64,000 bases of DNA. Source: Rhynchobatus australiae. Lineage: Eukaryota. How positions within the stretch are numbered: position 1 is the stretch's first letter; every line of letters begins with the position of its first letter. Of this stretch, positions 53,995-64,000 are shown in pieces. The stretch lies in assembly GCA_034780895.1 (NCBI GenBank), contig JAUZTB010000127.1, positions 63,010,908 to 63,074,907 of the forward strand. Direction: 5' to 3'. Both the position numbers and the translations under genes were made by a program. Below the pieces are notes generated by a model, which saw only the letters and a list, made by a program, of their open reading frames with translations, was not told the DNA's origin and did not search any database.

Positions 53995-54510
53995 GATTTG
54001 TCTTTAGCAAGATGTGGGCATCATTGGTAAGGCCAGCACTATTGGATATCCATCATTGACCCTGAAATGTGGTGAACTGTTGTCTTGAGCCACCGCAGTC
54101 TGTGTGTTGAAAGTATTGTGACAGTGCTGATGTTGACCCAGCTGAAGAAACACTCATACACCTGACATATTTACAAGTCAAAATGGTGTGTATCTTGGAA
54201 AATGAGCTTCAGGGAAGTGGTGCTCTCATGCACCTGCTGTACTAAATTTCCAAGGAAGTAGGGAGTGTGGGTTTGGAAGGTGGAATAGCTTTGGAGCGGC
54301 AGGTGGGGGGAGGGTGCAAGGCCAAGAGGTGAGCTACCCACCATAGAATAATCAGCTTATGAGCTGCTCCAGCAGCTGCTATATTCTTCCAACTGTGCCA
54401 GTTAAGTTTCCAATCAATGGTAACCAACCACAATGTTGATTTGTGGGATTTGGTGACAGTAATATCATTGAATATCTGAGCATGAGTTTAGATTCTCTCT
54501 TCTCAGAATT
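53995..54510 (-). mobile_element. Degenerate LINE 3' end, related to the family at 3200-4090
   Basis: gatgtgggcatcattggtaaggccagca...tgcacctgctg resembles the reverse complement of the 3' UTR at about 3700-4085. Confidence 0.55.
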
Positions 54511-57500
54511 GGTAAATATATGAAATAAAATAAAACCCCAAATATGGTTTCAAGCAGCAAAATGCTTTTGGACTTTCTCTGTCTTTCTATTGATGTCAAT
54601 CAGGAATGGAGAGCATATAAATGACAGCAAGCTTGTGTCCATAGATGGAGCACGAAGGTATGACAAATAGTGGGAAAGGAAAAGTTATGAAGGAGCTCAA
54701 ATACAATCTTCCATGTGATTCCTAAATGAAATCAAGTTCAAGCCTTGTTTCTGAGCTACTATGTGGTCTAAACCAAGGTTGCACAAAAATTGAAACAAAT
54801 ATCTACATTGCCAATGCTGGTTATGTCAGTCTTGCAGCTCAGTTGATACTGTGAAAATGATTTTTGTTTTTCACTGCAGAACCTTGTTTTGTAAATGTGT
54901 AATTATGGAATTATCTTAACTATTTTAATATTTCTGTTTGAATTAAAGGATAATTGTCAATACATACAATATGAGGCAAATATTTTAAGAAGGTTGTATG
55001 ATGTTCTGCTATAAATGGCATGGCAAAAAAAGGATAAGAAAAAAAAAGTGTTACCACATCACACAGGATTTACTACTAAGATTTTATGGGGCAAAATTCA
55101 AAATCCTTTTGAGCATTTTAATAAGGGGCATGAACACAATATGTGCTGACTTGGCTGGAAACCAATAAGCAGTATTTGTGTCACATTGGTGATGGAAAAT
55201 CAAATCTTTTTGATTCATTTACTCACATTTATTTAAACTCAGCCTTGAAACTTTGTATGTTTATTCTATTGCAGTTCTTAAGTTTGTTGCCATGGCAGCA
55301 AAATAAGATTATCTAAATCTGACTCCTGTTTACAGGGCCCATTTTAGCACCATTCATTTTATTATAAGAGCATCATCTGTTGTAAGCTATGAACAATTCC
55401 CACATCTAATTACAACCAGGATTTCAGGGTCATTAAACAAAATACATTTGCATCAGCAAGAGTGGAAATGGAGACTAAAATCACAGAGCTTCAGCCATGA
55501 ACCTGCACACAGTTTTCTTTCCTTTCTATCTCAGCAATTCCTCCTTGACCTCCTTTTTGATCTTGTGCAACCTTAAGTCTTTGGGTTATAAAGCACCGTA
55601 ACAGCAGAATATTAAAACTGGAACAGTTTTTGTTGAATGTGGAACAGCAGAAATTTGACCTGGCATAAGATGACCCTCTTTATAAATGAGTCCTTGTTGC
55701 ATTAGTATAGTAGATTATTCCTCAGTTATTCCTCATCAATAAAATACAAATAGAATATAAAATTAATTTAAACACTACATAAAGGGGATTTGGCTCCTTT
55801 TATTTTACCACTTTACTATACTCTGAGTGCCATCATCTTCTAAATTGATTCTTTGACTTTGAAATTATGCAATGCAAAGATCAACATACAAATATTTAAT
55901 GTGATGGTAAGCCAACATATCAAACACCTGTATGCTAATTTTTGCAGCACACAATGGATAGACACTTCACTGTAATACTGTTCATATTAAAAAAAATCCT
56001 TTCACCTTCAAGAAGAATTCAGTTTTTAAAATATATTCTTTCTGGAGGGGATGGAGTTCATAGTTGGAGAAATTCATGCATAAACATAAGGACTATTTTT
56101 AGGCTACTATTAGTGATCCAATATAGGATAAACAAAATGAAGAAGTTATTTGTTTTTGTAGTCCATGGTCTGGATCATCTATATCCTTGAGTAAATTATA
56201 TATAATGTATACATATATATGTATTGTTGGTCATAATAGAAATTAGAAATGTGGTTTGACTTGCACTGTCTCTTTGCCAATGATCTTGTGAAAACTATTC
56301 AGTTTTGGGTCAATTTAAAGAATTAAGTATATATAGGTTATTTGGAACAAAGATAATATTTAAAAAGGAAATCGTTTTTTCCTTCTGAGACCAGCATCAA
56401 TTCAGGTATTAGTTAGAAAAATGAATCTTGTGAGGGAAGCTGTATAAAACTAACACAAGAATCAAAGCATCAATATTATGCAGTTAAAATAAAGAAAACA
56501 TGGGCCATGTCAGAAACTAATAAGTGATTCATTTCAGGTGCATATCTTAAAAGGTTCTGCTATGAATTGCAACCCAGGCATTATCACCAGCCCTAATCTG
56601 CATCCNNNNNNNNNNNNNNNNNNNNNNNNNNNNNNNNNNNNNNNNNNNNNNNNNNNNNNNNNNNNNNNNNNNNNNNNNNNNNNNNNNNNNNNNNNNNNNN
56701 NNNNNACCACTCTTCCTATGGAAATTGTTTCTCACCTAGAATTCCAGGTGATTTCTAACTGGGATTTTCAGCTTTCTATCCATGATGCTGGAATTTTAAA
56801 GAAAAACATTTAATCTCTTCACACATTTAAACTTTCAAGATTATTTCTCCAAAAAATGAAGAAGAAATGCAAAACAAAATTAAAAGGCAAGTGAACTTAA
56901 ACTGATTCTTACCATCTGAAACTTTATTGTGCACCCAAGCTTGTAATTTTGATAAACAAGTATATATCCAGGTTTTTCTTTCTTAGCACATCCATGCCCC
57001 CAGCTTGTAATTCCAACCAAATACCATTACCCATTATGTTTGCATGCTAAAGGACTTCCCAAATCTCCCTAAACAAGATGCATATCAGATATTATTGCTT
57101 AAGTTTTTAGAAATTGTATATTGATTATTATCCTGATTTATTACCTGTCAAAACTGAAATACATTTCTCAAGTCACATCAGGGTGTAATGGAATTTGTCA
57201 GCAGAGCTGATCAAAAAAAACTATAAACTTAAAAGTCCATCCAGTAAATTAAATAAGATGAAAATGAGGTACTGCTCCTCCCTGGGAGTTTGGCCTACAG
57301 TGAACAAGAATTCCATCTTGACAAAGGGAGTGTTAAATTGTCTATATCCAGCAATCCATAAATAGTCAATGACACCATATGGGGACAGGAGTAGGCCAGT
57401 CAGCCCCTCAAGCTTGCTGAACCATTCAAGAAGATGATGGCTGAACTTATCTTTGCTTCTCTACTTTTCTGTCCAATCACCGTGATTCTTATTTTCTCTG

Positions 57501-57752
57501 TGGCTTGCATAATATATACATTTTAAATGCATGATCCATTGTTTCTTAGTTGACAAATACACAAATTTCTGGTGCCAACCTGCCACTGTATTCATGTGTG
57601 ATATTTTCTATTCCTGCTGACCTCGGTGCAATCAACAATTCTGCTTGGATCAACATACATTAAATTGTAATATAAGTATTTAGAGGCAAAAAGTAAAATG
57701 GGAGGAAGAAACTGTAACTGTATATTTATAAAAGAAAGAACTCCATTTGTGG

Positions 57753-57935
57753 TCTTCTTCACAGGCAGTCCTTTGGGATTGAGGATGACTCGCTTCTACT
57801 CTGGTGACTAATGAGATCAATGTAGGAACTGCAGACTCTTCCACAGACTAAGCAGGAGATGGCTGATGGGGTTGGTGGGTGGGTAGTTTGTGAGGTGCTG
57901 CACTCCCTTCTGTGGGCATCTGTGTGGTCTTCTGC
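57753..57935 (-). mobile_element. RTE-clade LINE 3' end
   Basis: tcttcttcacaggcagtcctttgggattgaggatgactcgcttc is homologous to about 30680-30720. Confidence 0.7.
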
Positions 57936-57959
57936 ATGGAATCAAAATCATCCTAAGTG

Positions 57960-58115
57960 CTCCTCTTTCAAGAGGTTGTTGGATAGGCATATGGAGGAGT
58001 GTGGGATAGAGGGATCTGTGGGAGGAAAGGGTTAGATGGTGGGAGGTGTGGTTTGATGGCTGGAACAACACGGTGGGCTGAAGGGCCTGTATTGTGCTGT
58101 ATTGTTCTATGGTTC
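57960..58115 (+). mobile_element. CR1-type LINE 3' tail
   Basis: tttcaagaggttgttggataggcatatgg...gggctgaagggcctgtattgtgctgtattgttctatggttc. Confidence 0.8.
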
Positions 58116-60049
58116 ACTCCCAAGATATGGGAATTGGTCCACGTTATCTAGGGTCTTGCCATAAACCTTTATTGTCAGAGAGGAATAAATGTGCAGCAAG
58201 GGCAGACTGGTAGAGGATGTTGGTCCAGCAGATGTTGAGTGCAAGGCCCATTATCATATATGCTTCAATGAACAAGTAAAAGATGGCTCAGAGCTTGGCA
58301 TTTATGTGTGCACAAATGCAAGTGCCATCTTTGCACTGCGGTTCAATTGATGAGCTTGGGGTGTCCTTGGTTCTGGAGTACAGTCACCATGGGTTAAAGA
58401 GTTTCCCATTAGTTACAAAGACCAACGTCACTCCTGCAGGAAGTGAGAAATATCAGTAAAGGTGCCAGAGCAATGAGGCAGCACCAACTGCAGCAATTCC
58501 ATTCATAAACTGCCTTCTATGACCTCTGGACATCCTAAAAACCTTTATGGTAACAAGAACATCATCACCTGCAAGATCCCTCCTTGTCACACACCTTTCC
58601 AATATGGACATATATTGCTGTTTACTAATGGCACTGAGTCTACAACCTGGAGCTCCTTAGTCAACAAAAGCAGGAGTGCCTTCATCAGCAGCTCACTACC
58701 ACATTCTGAAGGGCTGTTATGGATGGGCAAGAAATGATGGCTGCACCCATTTCCCAAAAAGATGGATTCTAAAATAAATAGTAATTTCAAAACTGCATTA
58801 CTGTCACAATACAGGAAATATATTCTATTTTAAATCAAAATTGGTCATGTGTAAAGTACTGATAAATTGTTTTCTGAACATAGAAGGATTTGCAGAGGAC
58901 AAGAATCTAAATTTATCATATGGTCTTTGAAGATGATGTGAGGGTAAACAGTCTGAGACTGTGATTTAATACGGTAACTTCTGCAGGAATTCCTTATTTA
59001 CAAACTTTCCTAAACAGGAAGTTCAGATAATCAACCCAGCAAAGTACTTTCATATTATAATCAGGATTCAATGGCTAACATATAAATTAACAAATTGTTT
59101 TCCTTTACAATTGTTAATTATGAGCTATTTTAGGAATAACAATATTTCTAGCATCTCAATATCAGCACTGCATCAATATCAATTAACATTTTGACTTTGT
59201 AAAGTTAGAGATTTCCAAATTTTGTTGAGCANNNNNNNNNNNNNNNNNNNNNNNNNNNNNNNNNNNNNNNNNNNNNNNNNNNNNNNNNNNNNNNNNNNNN
59301 NNNNNNNNNNNNNNNNNNNNNNNNNNNNNNNNNNNNNNNNNNNNNNNNNNNNNNNNNNNNNNNNNNNNNNNNNNNNNNNNNNNNNNNNNNNNNNNNNNNN
59401 NNNNNNNNNNNNNNNNNNNNNNNNNNNNNNNNNNNNNNNNNNNNNNNNNNNNNNNNNNNNNNNNNNNNNNNNNNNNNNNNNNNNNNNNNNNNNNNNNNNN
59501 NNNNNNNNNNNNNNNNNNNNNNNNNNNNNNNNNNNNNNNNNNNNNNNNNNNNNNNNNNNNNNNNNNNNNNNNNNNNNNNNNNNNNNNNNNNNNNNNNNNN
59601 NNNNNNNNNNNNNNNNNNNNNNNNNNNNNNNNNNNNNNNNNNNNNNNNNNNNNNNNNNNNNNNNNNNNNNNNNNNNNNNNNNNNNNNNNNNNNNNNNNNN
59701 NNNNNNNNNNNNNNNNNNNNNNNNNNNNNNNNNNNNNNNNNNNNNNNNNNNNNNNNNNNNNNNNNNNNNNNNNNNNNNNNNNNNNNNNNNNNNNNNNNNN
59801 NNNNNNNNNNNNNNNNNNNNNNNNNNNNNNNNNNNNNNNNNNNNNNNNNNNNNNNNNNNNNNNNNNNNNNNNNNNNNNNNNNNNNNNNNNNNNNNNNNNN
59901 NNNNNNNNNNNNNNNNNNNNNNNNNNNNNNNNNNNNNNNNNNNNNNNNNNNNNNNNNNNNNNNNNNNNNNNNNNNNNNNNNNNNNNNNNNNNNNNNNNNN
60001 NNNNNNNNNNNNNNNNNNNNNNNNNNNNNNNNNNNNNNNNNNNNNNGTC

Positions 60050-61400
60050 AAATGATCTAGTGGTATAGAGGGAATCATGTTAGTAAAGAACCAGTCTTAG
60101 AGAAATTAATGAGACTACAAGCCCACAAAATGCATGGACCTGATGGCCTACATTCTAAGAGATAACACACTTGACAGCAGATGCATTGGGTTTAATCTTG
60201 AAGCTTGTCCTAGATTTTGGAATTTTCCTGGAAGACTGGAAGATGGCAAATTTAGCTATAGATCAGTACATTTCAGAAAAGAATATGAAAGAAAATGGAA
60301 TCATTGGCCACTTAGCCTTGCACTAGTAGCAGGAAAAATATTATGGTCTATTATTTGCAACATGACAATAAATCTTATATGTAGGCACAGTCAATGTGAA
60401 TTAATAAAAGGAAAATCATTTGACAAATGTATTAAGAATGTTTTTAAGATTTTATCCAGCAAAATAAATAAGAGCCAACCAGCAGAAATTGTAATGAGGA
60501 ACAAGGGCATTAACAGTAGAAGGCAAAATAAGCAGTCTTGGAAATAAAGGTAATCAAATGATCCAGTAGCACAGGTTAATCTAAATAAATTAGAATTAGT
60601 AAAGAAAAAGTATTGGAGAAATTAATGGATTTTCCCAAAAAAAAGCTTGATCAGGTTATTAAACAAAATTCTTGGTCTGGGGATTGCTTTTCTAAAATGC
60701 ACTGAGGATTGGCTAACTGACAAAAAGTAAAGAGTCAGAACAATTGGGTCACATTTCTGTTGACAGGTTGTAAATGGTGTGGTACTGCATGGATTGCTGT
60801 TTTGGACTAAATTATTATAATACATATAAATTACTCAGATGATGGGACTGGGTGTAATGTATTCAAGCTTCTGTACAAAACTAGGTGGGAAAATGAGCTG
60901 TAGTGAGAATATAAAGAAACTAGAAAAGCAGAGAGGCCTGTTGTGTGAATTGATAAAAAGTGGGCAGGTGGAATATAATGTTGAGAAATATAAAGCTTGC
61001 TAGAAAAATAGAAAAGCAGATTTTAATAAAAGTGAGGGAAACTGGGCAACATGGGGTTCAGAAGGACGTGATGCACATAAATCACTGCAAGTTAATGTAG
61101 GTAGAGGGAGCAATTATGGAAGCAGGTTCACATATTACTTATGACAAAAGGATTGGAGTATAGATGTGAAGAAGTCTTGAGAAGCTATGTTGGGTGAGAC
61201 CACACTCAGTGGACTGGGATCTCCTTACCTAAGGATTAACTTGCCTTTGAGAGAGCAGCATGTGTGGATTACCCCAGGATTGAGAGGACAAGGCTGTGAT
61301 GTAGAATTTGAGAGATGATATCAATAAAATATTCAGAGAAAGAAGGTAGTAATTTTGGACTGAAAAATGTATTCTCTCAAATGGTTGTGAATTCGCTTCC
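60050..61400 (+). pseudogene. Old, heavily degraded CR1 LINE reverse transcriptase region
   Basis: Remnants in the expected order: GPDGLHS, WKMAN, PLSLALVAGKILWSII, ELIKGKS, DFPKKSLIR (DFxKAFDKV), EDWLTDKKxRV, GLLFWTKLL (GSVLGP-like), TKLGG. Many stops and frameshifts. Confidence 0.8.
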
Positions 61401-63244
61401 TTTATTATTAGGCAAAATATGAGTTATATAATTTGGAAATGAGAATGTCTTCAAAAGACAATGGGTTCAAAGATCTGAATGATGTTTGATTTGCCTACTG
61501 AAAAAGGACGGAAAATGTTGCAATAGAACCCAAACCAACACAAGTAGTCTCTTTTAAGATTCTTTCACTTCTTCATCAGATTCAGCAACCCATAATGGAA
61601 GGAAAACATCCAGATTGTATCAGAAAACATTATCAGGAGTGGCCTTCCAAATATTGTAATTTAGATGTGTGGATCCTGTTCTAGTAATTCATGAAGTTAC
61701 TACCCGGAACTGATGAGATCTGTGTATGCTTTATTCGATCAATCAGAGCACTGATTTTATTCATCCCTGTATAATATAACTGCATTCTCAACAGATTAAC
61801 CTGGATGCAGATTTACCACCTGACTGACACACAGCTCATTCTTAGTCACTGATTGTGCCCTTTGAGTGCCAGAGAATTTGTATTAAATTGGTGCTTTTAA
61901 TGTGCATTAACTTGTTAATACTATCCAGGTAGCACAAATTCAAACCATCAGTGTTAACACCACATTAATGCATTAAAAAATTGGAGTCATATTTTTCACC
62001 TGTTTATTCACCTCCATATTTCGACTTTATATTAGTGTACTCATTAGGGAAAAATATAATTGACTACTCTTAACACAAGTTCAAAGCTTCACAAGTTTTT
62101 GTTTGTAGTAATAAAATTAATTATGTTAATGAAGATACTTTGATCATCCTGCAGTTGGCAAAAATCCTCCATTCTGTGTCCCTGGAAATAATGTTGGATT
62201 GTTAATGAAATTTGTTTCCAACCATTTCCTGTAAAGAAGCTGCTAGGTGACAATGAGATATAGAAACTTGCACAAATATCTAGCTCTGCTTATGTGGCAA
62301 GTGGCAGAATCAATCAGCCAACTGCTCTGTGTAAACTTGCACATGCGTCTTAATCTTTTATGGATTACAAAACACAGGCAGCAATAAATCGCAAAGCAAT
62401 TTACTAAAACAATAAAGCATGGTATTTTGAATTTGGAGCACAGCAGAATGGTAACAGCCTGTTGGTCATGAGGGAATGGTGATGCAGAGTCATGTAGAAA
62501 CCATTAAATAAAGGTTAAGACCACTGACAGATGAAGTAAAAATTACTCAAGTCTGAATCCAGTGACTATTTAAACTGACCGTTCAATGAGTTGTATTATC
62601 TCACAAAGGACTAGGATCCAGAACTGATGATGTAATTTGCCAAACAGTAGTGCTCAGAATATTTATTTATATGAATTTATGTCAACTTTGAAATTGCATT
62701 TCATTAATCTATGTGTTACTTGAAATCAAAAAGCTAAAAACCAGGAAGAATATTTGATTTTGTCAATAATAATGTTGATTTGGAGATCTTGTAGTTTGCT
62801 GGATGGGTAGATAATGTTAATCCAAGTTAACTGGAAGCAATTCCATTCATGTTATATTACTATATTATTATATTACTTAAACATTAACTTTAATTCAGTC
62901 TCATGTGAAAGCCAATCAGATATAAACTTGTAAATAAGTGTTAATTCTAATGTTACTAAATCAAACATTTGTCTGGGGCACAACGTATTGGAAACTCCTG
63001 TTCAGAGAATGGCTTAGTAAGTTTCACTGGGGCATATTTATACAAAAAACATCCATGTTCCAGCAGTTTACATGGGGTGGGATGGGAATGATGTAGGGGA
63101 AATCAAGTAGCATTGTCAATAATCATTTGAGCCTTCCTATAGAGTAGCTCACATTTCTCCATATCAATTTGTCCCCTTAGCCCCTTCACAACTGCAAAGT
63201 AATATTCTAAATGAATTGTTGACAAAGGAGCAGTTCAAAAATAT

Positions 63245-63840
63245 AACACAAGATACTGAACAAACACAGCAGGTGGAAAGAGAAACAGAGTTAACATTTC
63301 TGGTCCAAGACTCTCTTTAGAACACAGAAATGTTACAGATAAAACTAATCATAAGTTGCAGAGGAAGTGGGAAGGAGAGTACAGAACAGAAGGCAGGGTC
63401 TGTGATAGGGTGGAGGGCAGAATCATTGAATGGTGCAAGTGAGGATGGTGCATAACAGAAGTCTTGCATCTCCCAGTTCCAGGATTCAGTGGTTCATTTC
63501 TTCTCTCTTCTGGTAATTTCAGGTTTTATTCATCTCCTCTAACTTATACATCCCCAGACACTCACACCTTGTGCAAATCACTAGCATTTGCCACCCTCAT
63601 TCAGTAACACCACTATCATGTGTACCAATCTCTCCCTGTTTCTACTCTAGCACAGATTCTTTTCTCTCTTCCTCTTCCTCACCCTTCTCTCTACAACTTA
63701 AAATTTGCTTTATCTCTAATTTTTCCCAGTTCTGATGTAAGGTCAAAGGCCTAGAATGTTAACTCTGCTTCTCTCACACCAGGTTGGAGCATTTCCAGCA
63801 TGTTCTGTTTTATTTCAGAGTTCCAGTATCTGCAGTACTT
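63245..63840. mobile_element. Larger fold-back Penelope-like remnant
   Basis: gagaaacagagttaacatt (63280-63298) pairs with aatgttaactctgcttctc (63755-63773), 1 mismatch. The right arm carries ttctgatgtaaggtc and ends in ttccagtatctgcagta like the 4484-4613 element. Confidence 0.6.
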
Positions 63841-64000
63841 TATTGTTGTATTATACAATTATAAATGTATGTTTGTGAACACATTACCTTGGTTTTTAAC
63901 ATTTCCCTGTAGAATGTTGCAGAACATGGCAATATTACATTTCATACACAAAGCCTTTACAGAACCACTTATTGATATGGTTCTGTTTCCATTTTTCAAA

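Noticed and set aside
9376-60078. Long ORFs in the track (e.g. 9376-10221, 16110-16838, 46241-46924, 51595-52272, 59179-60078)
   Set aside because: They consist mostly of X residues from N gaps and are artefacts of reading through unknown bases.
1-64000. CRISPR arrays, tRNA/rRNA genes, prokaryotic operons, intact autonomous transposons
   Set aside because: No regularly spaced repeat-spacer arrays, cloverleaf or rRNA motifs, or long intact ORFs were seen; the sequence is vertebrate intron.

Overview
Eukaryotic (vertebrate) genomic DNA, AT-rich and CpG-depleted, with many N gaps. The repeat content (CR1-type, Rex1/Babar and RTE LINEs, V-SINE/Deu-SINE remnants, Penelope-type fold-backs) suggests a cartilaginous fish, possibly a ray; this is inference. 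The window appears to lie inside a minus-strand Dachshund-family gene (most likely DACH2). Three consecutive internal coding exons are recoverable with canonical AG/GT sites and compatible phases: 29157-28985, 23108-22973 and an 81-nt exon at 19335-19255 that the ORF track misses. The rest is intron: decayed retroelements, a Harbinger/HARBI1-like transposase fossil and several enhancer-like motif clusters. The most unusual signal is two pre-miRNA-like hairpins about 500 bp apart (51033-51100, 51579-51640) that fold better on the DACH-sense strand, one carrying a miR-34/449-type seed. I found no prokaryotic-style system (CRISPR, operon). All family assignments come from recalled consensus motifs, not database searches.
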